From Azolla caroliniana (taxonomy: Eukaryota; Plantae; Polypodiophyta): 64,000 nucleotides of DNA. A model generated the notes under the pieces. The model worked only from the letters and a program-made list of their open reading frames with translations, was not told where the DNA came from and ran no database searches. How positions within the stretch are numbered: the first letter of the stretch is position 1; the number at the start of each line of letters is the position of its first letter. Below are positions 1 through 12,023 of the stretch, in pieces. Location: NCBI GenBank assembly GCA_043228905.1, contig JBHGNT010000012.1, forward strand, positions 20,770,001 through 20,834,000, read 5' to 3'. The translations under genes were made by a program, and so were the position numbers.

Positions 1-979
1 ATTTATGTGTGTGTGTGTATGGTGTACAGAAGCATTAAATATGCTTTCACATTATGCTAAGTAGGATGAAATGTTTTTTTTTTAAGAATGTAGGCATGAC
101 AACCATTTGTCTAGCACCTTACAAAAACATTGAACACCATGTTAGGGTACTAGGTCCAATCAAGTCTCCATCTATAGGTGATCTCTAGTATGTTTTGGTA
201 GTACTTATGATCGAATGCGACAACAAGAAAAGGAAAAAAACTATACATATGTTTGATGCTTTCGTGTAGAATACATCTTCAATGAAAGCCGCATGTTCCC
301 AAGACACTGACAGTTAAAGCACTATGTGAGAGCATTCCCTAAATGTATGTACATTATACTAATCACGTCTCACAAAATGAAGATAATTCACAAGATTGCA
401 TAAGGAATTCCTACTATCCAAAGTGATTAACATGATGGTGTCGCGTTAGAGCTTGTGTTGGAATGCGTGGTGGGATGGGTCATGAGCAATGGGTTCAATG
501 TTGAGTTTATGGCAAAAATTTGCTACTTAATTTTTGTTTGAGATCACAACACCATTAATTTTGCAGTTAGAAGAACCACTTTGACTTTACACATCCATAT
601 TGGGTTTAGTGTTGTGAGCATTACAAGCACTCTTCATAGTTTTAGTTTGAGATAAAGCACACACTTGGGATATTGACATTTGTTTTTTCCATGAGACAAG
701 GAGCGAAAAATGGCTTTACGTGATGATTGAGATTTGTTTTACAAAATTGTAAAATGGTTGGGCCCTTTAAAAGGACACGCTAATAAATATAAAACGAAGA
801 CAAAAAATGCATTAGGTTAATCATGAAGATGTATGATCAAGAAAGAACTGTAGCATAGTCATTGCTAAACGTACATATAGATAGCACAAATGTCCCATAG
901 ACACTCAAAGTAAAGACTACGAATAAGGTGGCACGCCCTTTACCGTGAGATCGTTCACTCTGTTATCGAGTTTCTTTTC

Positions 980-1560
980 CCCATTTTGGGATTTGATTAA
1001 GAACTGTACAAAGTCATTGATGAAGGCTTAATGTAAGAAAGTGACTAACATGGGATACAAGGAAACAATATCAATATATAAGATACAAATCAGGGTTGTT
1101 TTCTTGTCAAGGAATATCATATCGTCATTGTTATGGAGCAAGCTTGACTTTAACTTTGAGAAAAGAAAAGAATTGTAAATTAACAAAGTGAAGTTTATTA
1201 TATGGCAATCAAAAGTACCCAACCTAGGGCGTGAGACAATCACAATGTATGAAATGAGTGATGGAAATATGAAGGTAACCAAACTAGGGTACAAGGGTTT
1301 AGGAAATTTACTCATGTTAAAAAGATCATATTTTACCCCCCCCCCCCCCCCAAGTTTTACATTGCAAGAGGGACAATATCCCAAAGGATCAATGAAATGT
1401 ACTAACTCATTAATTATTGGGAATTCAAATACACAGTGGGGTTCGATCCTCTTCTGGCAAAAACATCATATTTTCTTTACAGTTAGCCAGCAATAGTACT
1501 ACATCGCCACCAAGTCAACCACCCCCCCAAGAGAGAGAAGCAACATATCAACTATTAAAG
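980..1560 (-). mobile_element. Possible highly degenerate LINE ORF1 remnant
   Basis: Broken minus-strand frame around 1420-1500 (..MMFLPEEDRTPLCI/EFP..) loosely resembles the P-x-W-x-EFP region of plant L1 ORF1. Similarity is weak and boundaries are approximate. Confidence 0.25.
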
Positions 1561-2303
1561 GGTGGTATTTAAATGCGTGACATCAAAGAAACAAACAACC
1601 TCGTCGATGTTTAAAGCGATCGAACTACGATATCGAAATCTCAATCAGTTGCAGAGAGATAAGACAAAGAAGAAGAAGAAATGTGAAAAACACCGACAAA
1701 GCATGCATTCATTTGTATTTGGAGAGAAAACAATGCACCATTTTAAGAGAGAGTGTGATCTTAAAACTTTGTCGGGGATGGTCGAAGAAGCATCAACACC
1801 AAAGCTCGACCTCTGCACCCAACAAATATCACGACAAAGGGTCAAGAGGGAGGGATACATGGGAAGGTGTTCCAACGTACAAGAGAGAGAGAGAGAGAGA
1901 TTTGGATACATGATTGCCTAGACCATACACAATGGCCTTAAACAAAGTGTGCAAAGTCCACCCGCAGGAGCTTGAGTGTGTGTAGTTGTTTTCAGTGAGT
2001 GGGTAGCGTGGTATAGCGCGACCAGAAACGCACCGAGTCCTTTAGGTCCCTTAGTTGGGGGGGGGGGGGGGGGGGGATGGCACCGGACAAAGGCTAGCAG
2101 GTGGATCGACAAAAGTCACTCGACGGGTGCCCTAAAGTTTTCGGGGCCACTAAGATTCGGGCATGTAGGGTAGGGGGGGGACCCCGAGGCTAGTTCAGTG
2201 GGGTGGGGCGGGTACACACACGTGCGCCCGGGAAATGTGTCGGGCTCGAGATTCCGAGAGAACACATGACAAATTGTGTATGTTTTTTGTGGGTTTCTTT
2301 CTT

Positions 2304-4439
2304 TCAAAGAGAGAAGAAGTTGCAAGTTAAAAGTTTCTCCTTCTTCTCTTCGTCTTCTTCTTCTTCTTCTTCTTCTACGCCAAGGAAATCTATGAAGGGA
2401 GAAGGCTGCGTCTTGCGAGGCTTCTTCATCTGGGCCGTTGGTTCGGCAACTCGATCGACGGCTCCCAATAGCCACCTCGTGGCGGTGGCGCCGCCGCCGC
2501 CGCCGCCTTCCGCCTCTTCCTCCGCCGCCGCCGCCGTTTCCGTGGAGTTGAAGGAATTGCAGCACGTGCTCCTGCTGCTGCACGAGCCCCCGGAATCCCC
2601 TCCGCCGTTGGATTCGCCCTCATCCTTGCCATCGACGGCCGCCAAGATCTCGCGGCGGCGGCGGAACCGCTCCTCCTCCTCCGCCGCCTGGAACCGATCC
2701 GTCATCCACGCCGAAGGAGAAGCCGCCGGTTCCAGCGGAGCCGCCAACGGAGCCGACGACGACGACGGAGCCGCCATCGCGTCGCGGCTCCGGCGGCTCC
2801 GTCGGGCGGTGATGACGTGCCAGTGGTTCTTGAGCGAGTTGTCGGTCCGCCCCGGGAAGAGGCGCGCGATCGCCGCCCATCGGTTCCCGTAAGCCGCCTG
2901 AGCCGCCATCAGCCGCGCCTCCTCCTCCCCGCTGAAGGGCCTCCGGTTAATCCGTGGGTCCAGCTGATTGAACCACCGCAGGCGGCAGCTCTTCCCTGTC
3001 ACACACAGCGCACCCCCTCCTGCAGCTTTAATCTCCTTTACCAATAATAAAATCATAATAATATCGCAGCACACAGATGAACAGATATGCATTGGCTATA
3101 TAATGCCCATTGATTGCTCCTGGTGAAAAATAATGCGTTGATAATTGGCCTAGGGTTTTAAGGTTTAGGGGTTTAGGGTTCAAGGGGTTTAGGTTTTAGG
3201 GTTTAGGGTTTAGGGTTCAAGGGGTTTAGGTTTTAGGTTTTAGGGTTCAAGGTGTTTAGATTTTAGGGTTTTAGGGGTTTCGGGTTCATGTCGATGATTT
3301 ACTTGTGGGTAAATGACGGATTTAAATTCAGCAATTACAAGAATTAAAATCTATTACCTGGTAGAAAATTTTGATGGATAATTGATAACAACAACAACAA
3401 CACCAACAACAGGAAATCAGAAGGAATTTATGCAGAGGTAGCAACGATTTCTTGTGGGAGAAAGTATGGAAATTTCGTATATGAAAAAAATGGATATGGA
3501 ACCATGCATTACATTTTGGGAATGGGATCGTGGAGAATCAATTCATACAATACCATCCAAATAAGCAACACAAACAAATTAAAAATTTAAATATATGTAT
3601 GGATTATATCAACTCCAAAGGATTGGATTGGATGATTAATTCATTCATAACAAGTCTACCAATAAGCATGAATGTATGGAATCATCATAGCATTATCAAA
3701 TTACTTCCAGGGGTTAAAGATAAGTTCATAAAACAGCGCCTGTAGGATCATTATGATGGATGATACTACAGTTATCAATTGCTTGACATGGGAAAAGCAT
3801 ATGGATAAATTCAGAATTGAACAACAACAATAACTTAGGATCCTTATGAGGAATAATTTTAACATTTAATATGCTTGACATGGGAAAATGATTGATAATT
3901 CATTTGAACCACAATTATTATAATCAAGCATTATGGTGGATAAATTCATCATTGGAGCAACAACAACAACAACAAGGCATTATGATGGCTACATGATATA
4001 TTTGTTGTGGATAAAAATCATGGGCAGGTCAGAATAATCACACCAGTAAGGTACCAATGAATGATTATACCAATTACTTGTGGACTAAAAATTAAATTTG
4101 TGTCGGGGATATAATCAAATCAATCAAATTTATGAGGTTTATAAGCATGATATGGGGGTGGTGATAATCAATCAACTTCTAAGAAAGTTTTGTGGCTAAT
4201 TTATGTAGCAACCAATGATGATGAGAAGGAATCATTGAATGAATGTAATGGAGAATAGATATAGAGGATTTACCTGATCTGCCCTGCAATTTCTGTGCAA
4301 TGAGGTTCCAATTCTGGGGGCCATAGAGGGAGACAAGCTCTTGAAGCTTCATATCTTCACAGGGTTTCCAATGGCCCCTTAATGCCCCACCACCACCACC
4401 ACCACCACTACTACAACTACTACTACTTACCTTCTTCAT
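2304..4439 (-). CDS. R2R3-MYB transcription factor, subgroup-21-like (MYB52/54/56/105/117 type); 2 exons: 4274-4439, 2304-2995; ~285 aa
   Basis: Exon 1 encodes [37 protein letters not shown] phase-1 GT-AG intron joins it to [55 protein letters not shown]-terminal PFIDFLG motif. Spliced length 858 nt stays in frame. Confidence 0.93.
3151..3288 (+). repeat. Degenerate interstitial telomere-like (TTTAGGG)n tract in the MYB intron
   Basis: Run of TTTAGGG, TTTTAGG and TTCAAGGGG variants, with TTTAGGGTTCAAGG recurring three times. Confidence 0.85.
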
Positions 4440-4448
4440 TCTTCCCAC

Positions 4449-4516
4449 AAAACCCTAAACCAACCCTAACAAAACCCTAAACTAACCCTAACAAAACCCT
4501 AAAAGGAAACCCCTCC

Positions 4517-4547
<31 letters not shown>

Positions 4548-4558
4548 GCCCTAAACCC
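4449..4558 (+). promoter_or_regulatory. Telobox (AAACCCTAA) cluster in the 5' leader of the MYB gene
   Basis: Several AAACCCTAA/AACCCTAA copies lie immediately upstream of the ATG at 4439. Function is inferred. Confidence 0.55.
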
Positions 4559-6134
4559 AAAAAACATTAGCTAATAAGAACCTTGAACTACAAACCCAAA
4601 GAAGGAAAAAAAAAAGGAGTTAGATTGATTTACCTATATATTTCTCTCTCTCATGTATATATACTTCTCAATATCTACATAAACACACACCATACATACA
4701 TACATACATGATGTATGTATACATATATTTGTATGTATGTACATATACATATATATTTAGTTAGGTTTCATTCTCATGGTTTGGTTAGGGCTTGATTTGA
4801 CCCTTGGACCTTTGCTTCTTCTTCCTCCTATCTTTTGATTATTTATTTATTTATGTATATATATATTATATGCAAAACACATATTATTACATACATGATA
4901 CATGTATGCTTATATGTCATTTCATTCATGCTCTCTCACGTTTGATCAGTAAGTCAATCAATCATACATGTATGTATTTATATCTTACCTAGATTTTGTA
5001 GCTCTAATTTTTGCTTCCCTCTATTCTCATCCTTTGGGTCCTCTCCCCCCTTTCTATATTTAATCCTAAACCCTAATTTGGACCACCCCACGAGGACTCC
5101 TACCAAAGTGGGTTTTTTAAGTTTTATAATTGACAGGAATCACATTCTCCACAAGTCACACACACTACACATATTACCACCTTTTTATATCTTTGTGTCA
5201 CTTAGACCCTCTTTGGTCTTCTCGACACGACAAGATACATACATCAATGTTGTATACATACATACATACATACATATATATATGTATTCTATCGTACCAT
5301 GCGTATAGCCCTTTTGACCTTCACATCTTCCTCTCGTCACCATTGTCGATAACATTTACATTGACACTAGCTAATTGCTCGATACTTTTAACGTTGCTCT
5401 TGATGGTAACTTGACGGTATAATTAATGTTCCCCTCTAATTGATGTTGGCTTGCTTCTCGATGTTAAAAGTCTTCCTCTCTAGATCTCTAGACCATTAAA
5501 TTTTGTCACAACAACTCAAGCTCAAACACAAGTCCTTTGTTCCAACGTGCTCGCTGACCGGAGAAACTTGTACTCTTGGTGGACAAGTATATGTGTAGCC
5601 AAAACCTTGAAAGCGTCCCTAGCTTTATAGCAACATCGTTTTTTTATTGTTGCGTGAATGGAATCCTCGTGAATTGGTGTTGGTTCTTCTAGTTTGATGT
5701 GGCTATTGACATTCTCTCGTACACAAATAATGGCACATCCCATTTGACGAAAGTAAGCACGCAACGATGCGTAGTAGAATGCAATATATTTAGCAATGTC
5801 AAGTTACTTGTGGTGGTCCATAGGATGCATTGGGAGATTTATAAGCTCTCCTCTATTGACACTAGGCTTTGAGCACATCTTGGTTTGCTTTTTCCCAATA
5901 TTAGATTTATGAGAACATGATGAATGACTACATTGATAATGAAGAAGAAGACATGTATTAATATCTCAAAGGAACCAATTTCACGTATGAGACCAAAACA
6001 AGATACACCTGATAGTTTGCTCACTTGTTCAAGAAATGGAATTTTAGAAACACCATTAGAGATTATTATTTTTTAAAGGTAAAACTGTTCATGTTAATCC
6101 AAAAGACTTTGTTCTTCAACTTCTAATTTTATCT

Positions 6135-6372
6135 TTTGTGAATTTCTCATTGTTTTAGACATCTCAATGCACCCACTATGGTAAATGAGAATGTTTTTTA
6201 AGGGATTTTTACATAATGAAGGCATTGCTTTCTCTTGTTTATTTATTTTGTCTCAAATTATGAAGAGTATATGATAATTTCTCATTGTTTTAGACATATC
6301 AATGCACCCTCTATGGTATATGAGAATGTTTTTTAAGGGATTTTTACCTAATGAAGGCATTGCTTCCTTATT
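6135..6372. repeat. ~95-bp direct repeat, two copies
   Basis: aatttctcattgttttagacat..caatgcacc..tatggta..tgagaatgttttt..aatgaaggcattgctt occurs at ~6141 and ~6276. Confidence 0.8.
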
Positions 6373-6735
6373 TTCAATAATCTGCCTAGGATATACTTCG
6401 TGACAACCTAAAGTTGGGTAGAAACACTATCTTTGCAATAGTAGGCACCAACCCTCAATCATTCGAAGGACCATGCACTATAAGTCATAAGTGATTCTTT
6501 TAATTCTTGGACAACAAGGCCATGAGCATGTCCATGTACATGCACAATATACGAATAGGCTAGGCATCATTGATCGACAAGTTCTGAATTGTTGGCATAG
6601 CACCAATTTTAAGAACATCTGAAGCATTGGCAAGAGATGAACTATGCACCTTAAACAACTAGTTTTTCGAGCTTTTAATGTCATCACATGGTACATACAA
6701 CATTGTTGATGGGATATACTTCACTATATATAAGA

Positions 6736-6766
<31 letters not shown>

Positions 6767-7003
6767 TATATATTTCATCATTTCCTTAGTATTTGTTCGT
6801 CGGTATTAAAATAATAAACTAATCAACACATGAGCTTTTGAATGATAACAATTCACTCACTCTACTTCTTGTAATGAGCTTCCCCTTGAGATAGGCTAAT
6901 AGGCTACCGACACAAGGCCATAGGTTCAAATCCATATAGTCTCACATGCCACATCAAAATAATCACCTTCTTCGTCTCCAAACAATTGACACAATCATCT
7001 CAA

Positions 7004-7035
<32 letters not shown>

Positions 7036-7229
7036 GAGCTTCAGAGCTTTCTAAGTGATGCTATCAAATATGTAGTTATTGAGGAAAGATTAATGGACCC
7101 ACTAAGGAAGAAGTGGAAAGATGCGAAAGGGACAAAATTAGAATATTACATTGCAAGCATCAATCTTGAATGTTGGGTTTTATATAAGGTAAGAAGGTGT
7201 CTATATTAGATTAAGACAGAGTGATGACT

Positions 7230-8250
7230 TGAGTGCCATACTAAAGAGAACACCTAGAAGGTTGCGCCCATATGTGTATGCCTTATTCACACATCGAGAC
7301 TCGGTGCCCAAAGTATGAATTATTATCCCTTCTTAGGAAGGACATGTCACACATTAAGATGACTTTTGTACTTAGGTCTTATGCGTCAACATTGGCCTCT
7401 CTATGGACGCTCAAAATCTCTCTCTCTCTGGGGTGGAAATATGGGGTGGTAGCATCCCGAAATCTACTTGGAATGAATTCAAAAATGTCTAAAAACATTT
7501 TCTTACAAAGTTTCTACAAGTCAAAAAACAAATGTCATACGCCCTCTTCCTCCTTGAGACGGGATCACTTCACATTGAGATCATGGCCATGGAAAGGGTT
7601 GTCGAATACAAACTTACAGTTCAAAAAAGCCCCTCATATCGACTTCTTAAAATTGCATGGGAAGCAAGCAAAAAGATCCAAGAAACACATAAAAACTATT
7701 TTTTGTATTCCGGTTGGATGTAAGATATTGAAAAATGGTTTAGTAAATGAGATGCAACACACTTGCCTCATGATGCATCACTAGATTTCTCTGTAAATGA
7801 GGCATTTTTGCAACACCAATGTATCATGACATGGGACAAATGTAGAGGCTCACGCTTCACATGTTATACTACACATGTTGCACCTAACTACAAAACCATA
7901 TCACAATTGTAAGAGCCCATCCCTTTGTCTGCCATATGAACCATTGCTTTCATGCGATTTAGCTCACATGCATTGCGATGTGAGACGCGAGGTTGGGGCA
8001 CAAGTGATGAGAGTGGTTGACTATGCACACTTTGCCCTAAACAAGTTGGAGAGTTTGAGTATCAGACTTTGATATAATGCTCTGCCTTTGATCATAATTG
8101 ACCATGCCTTCCACACATCTTCGACTGAGCTCAATCCTTGCACAAATTTCTCTTACAACCACAATGTGCACTCTCAATTGCAACATTCATTGGTGAAGTT
8201 CTTGAACATCGACAGTCGCTACTCACTTTCACATGTATCACATGAAATGT
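7230..8250 (+). mobile_element. Degenerate non-LTR retrotransposon (RTE/LINE-like) 3' region
   Basis: Frameshifted ORFs (..WGGSI.., SYALFLLETGSLHIEIMAMERVVEY..RLLKIAW) resemble the post-RT region of RTE-type LINEs. Many stops. Confidence 0.55.
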
Positions 8251-8874
8251 AATATTTTTGGTCACTGGTCATATTTGACCTCAAAAGCTACACACTAGAA
8301 AGCTTAAGAGTATACAAGTTAATCTAAGCAATAATAAACAATAACATAATCATTTAAAACCTTTCTTCACGCAATATTTTGGAGAATTTCTCCAGAATAT
8401 TCGATGTTTATGGCCTGTCCTTCATTTTCTAGTAATGAATTCCATGAGACCCTTTTTTGATGAAATTTCCCAAAATCTTAATAGAAGTTATAACATACTA
8501 GAAAAGCTCTTTGTAAGCATAGACAAATGAAATCTATTTATTTATTTTGTTGTAAAATCCAATTGACATAGAAATATTCATTTCCTTATTGTCTCACCCA
8601 TGCTTTGATGTAGAAGCAATTCTCATCCCCAAGAGTGTAATGATCAAGGTATCTAGATTGACATTGTCCTTTGGAATTTCAACAAATTTAGGCAAGGTTT
8701 GTTCTTATTTTATTGAACTCTACAAAATAATCTGAAGAAAATGGAACATCATTTGAGAGAGAGGCAAGGCAACATGCAAATTTATTGCAAAAAATTATAT
8801 ATACATAATAGATAGACATCATATTATACATGAAGACTTCATACAAGAGTGTGCACTCAATGGTTTGCAGGTGT

Positions 8875-11485
8875 TTAGTTAGCCTTTCCCTTGGATGGCA
8901 CCTCTTTAGCTTGGTCTTTTTTAGAGATTTTGGCAGAATCCTTAGGATTGAAAGCTTTCCGGATCTTTAAGACGGTCCAAGCCGTCTCAATCATATGTCC
9001 AGCTGTCTTTAGACCCTCATTGGCCGCCTCTCCTGCTTCTTCACCATACCTAGAGAAGATACATATCATGCTTACCATTGGAAAAAGAAAACTAGATCAT
9101 GCTCTCGCTTGTTCAATCCTCTGAGAAGGATCTTTTAATATCAAAAAGTTAAAAGGAAACTAAACCACATTAAACTGGAAAATCTAAACTCGCATTCCCT
9201 CAGAAGAAGTATATACTTACTTATGTTCAACCACTTCACTTGTGACCACCCGTGTGGAGTTCAATACATTTTTTCCCGCCAGTTCAATCGCATCGAACAT
9301 CTTCCCTACATAGTTTGTAATAAATAATTTCAATTTGCAATGGAAAGGAATAAATTCAATTTGCAATGGAAAGGACGCGAGTTGATAAAGCAAAATATAA
9401 GACATTAAACAATCTGTATGGCAATAATTTGCTTTTTCTATTTTTTTTCTATTTTAGTGGTTTAGACCCTTGCCCTACCAGCCATATGTCTGGAGTTCAA
9501 CTCTCACCTTCAATGCCTAAAAATGGAAATTGATCCCCGATTAAGAAATAAAATAAAACAATTTGTTTTCCCTCTCTTAATTGGGAGGGAGATCTACAGT
9601 CTTACCTCATTACAAAATTTATTTATTTTAGATAGCAAAAATAACAAAACTCTTGAAGGAAGGAATTTTTTTCTTTCTTACCAAATGCATCTAAAGAAAC
9701 AAGTGCCACTTCCCCTGGAAGCATTTTGAAGAGTTTTTTTCCTGCTTTAGATTTTATTGCTGAAACACTCACAAAATTTGTTGCGGTTATAACACCTGTC
9801 AATACCCCTTTGGCAAATCTCTTTGTCGTTTTTGATATCTTCTTTACTCTGTAAATGCATGACACATTAGCTTTTCAAAATCTAGTCAAATGCAAAATGC
9901 TTTTTCCTTATTAAATCATTGGTAAAATCTCTCAATGAAACACAGTATATATGTTTGTGTGTGTATGTATGTATGTATACATTGGGTGTCTGTCTGTGTA
10001 CTGGATGTAAATATAAACCAAATTTCATTGTCTATATCCCCCAATACACCTACAAATGCATTGCAACAAGGCGAATACTTGAAGTCTTATAGAGCATAAG
10101 CATAACCTTGAGAAACAAATTATAATACCATGACAATTTCTTTGGATCATATGATCTCAGTTTTTTTCAGATTTATGATTCTATTAGAGTTTAATTAAAT
10201 GGCACGACACCAAACAGTTGTAGACAGCTAAAGCGAGGTTTACAAGTCTAGGATTCAAGGGATATATGAGTAGCCCTAGTGTTTTCTAGAGTCTCCAGCT
10301 ACGCTGGGCTATTAGCTGCAGTAATATTTACGACACAATAGTTCACCCTTTCACCGCAGGATGTAAAGCTGTCCCAGTCATCTACCATAGATACTAGTGC
10401 CATACCTTCAAATCTTCGAGAAATAATAAACAGTGAAAAGAGGTTCGATATAAAGATTGTTACCTCCGTAGGTTTCTCAAGGTTCGAGGACTAATCCGGG
10501 AAGGTTTATCATTGGTCTTGATGCGAGATTTGGCATAATCTCCGAGGCATTCGAGCCGTTGGATCGTTGCATCACTACACCAGAACATGCCTTTGATCAC
10601 ATACCCAGTCTGAATAGCAATGCCTTTTGCAATACTACTACTATAGTCTTCGACATTGGGGGCGAGTGTAGTCCAATAGGCTGATGACTTCTCCTCTACC
10701 AATTTTTCTTTTTCTTTTGGACGTGATTTGGAAACAAAATGCTCTTTTTCTTTCTCTTTTGGACATGATGTGGCTGCAAAATGGTGCTCTTTTTCTTTCG
10801 GGCATGATGTGGTCACAAAATGCTCGTTTTCTTGTTCTCTTGAGCATGATGTAAAAGTAGGATCATCATCTGTGGAGCGAGATTGTAAAGTTTCCCCATC
10901 TTCGACATTTTTCTTCATCTTTTCTTCCGAGGTAACAACTATCCGAGGCTCCGAGAAGAGACTATACTCTTCCAAATACTTGTCCAGAAGTGAAAGCATC
11001 GGAAAGTCTTCTTGATTTGTGAAAGTAACACCATAATGAAGTAAAGAAGAATCATACCTCGTATCTTCGTAGCTTTTGATATCTTCTTTGATCAGGTCTG
11101 CATTATCTTCTTCAATCTCCGGAGGGACACCGAGGGAGAAGAAGTAATGGGTAGGGTCCAATTTGGTTGAAAACGAGTGTTTAGACAAAGGAAAATTGAG
11201 ATGCTGACCGATTGTGACGAAGACGGCGATGGTTTGATTCGAACCATGGTGGGTTGAGAGCAGGGTCAAAGAGAAGAGACCTGTGGCGAGATGGGCACTT
11301 TGTTCTGTGTCTATGAGGTGAGCTATGGCGCCACGGATATGTAAAAGCACCTCTTCTTGTGCCTCTCCAAAGCCAGATTCACATTCCTTTCTTTCTTCTT
11401 CGTCTTCATCTTGGTGATCATCTTCTCCCTTTTCTGCATCTTTCTGCTGCTGCTTCTGCTTCTGCTTGGAGGTGAACCAAGGCAT
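8875..11485 (-). CDS. Senescence/spartin-domain protein (ERD7-like, senescence/dehydration-associated); 4 exons: 10464-11485, 9682-9848, 9221-9305, 8875-9049; ~482 aa
   Basis: Motifs EEVLLHIRGAIAHLID, YFFSL, LHYGVTF, AYWTTLAPNVEDYSS.IAKGI, KMLPGEVALVSLDAFGKMFDAIELAGKNVL and HKYGEEAGEAANEGL..AGH. All three introns are GT-AG with compatible phases. Confidence 0.92.
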
Positions 11486-11629
11486 CCTTTGGCATATATG
11501 CAGGACAGTGATGAATATTGACAATGATATGTCTGCATACGTTTATAGTATGTCTGTACTTCTTTATCCATCCATTGAAAGAAAGGAATCGAGAGTGGCA
11601 ACACTCCCGGGAAAGGAATCGCCATTGAC

Positions 11630-11880
11630 TCGGCTTTAGGCTTTAGCTTCCTTAACCGGTTTGAACTTGAGCTGTGCCGGTTTGGGGTGGCTCAAGTGTA
11701 ACCGAACCGTTTTGGGCTTAATTGGATCCCAAACCAGTTAAGCCTTAATCGGTTTGGATAAACCAATTTATGCTTAATCGGTTTAGGAGTCGGTTTGGTT
11801 CAAGTTTGAAAACTCCCAAACTGGTTAAGGAGGCGAAACTGTTTTGGTTTGGACTAAACCAAACTAGTTAAGCCGAATTG
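11630..11880. mobile_element. AACCG/CGGTT-rich MITE-like remnant just upstream of the ERD7-like gene
   Basis: Dense AACCG/CGGTTT motifs resembling the MITE at 57172-57626. No clear TIR or TSD found. Confidence 0.4.
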
Positions 11881-12023
11881 ATGATTTCTAACGACACGCA
11901 CGATGGAAACCCTAACCCCTTTCGCTTGACATTTTGTATCACTACACGAGAATTTTTGTTACTCCCCACCTTGAACCAAGTTGAAGCACCTACAAGTCAA
12001 GTCAACTTGACAAGTAAACAAGG

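Noticed and set aside
1336-2076. Poly-C and poly-G homopolymers as regulatory G-quadruplexes
   Set aside because: Such tracts recur across the window (also ~4520 and ~20870), and there is no independent evidence of function.
2203-2892. 229-aa plus-strand ORF and other ORFs overlapping MYB exon 2
   Set aside because: Antisense or alternate-frame shadows of a very GC-rich exon with few stop codons; low complexity and no domain.
3151-3288. True chromosome end or fusion point
   Set aside because: Short, degenerate, in a single orientation and inside an intron of an intact gene.
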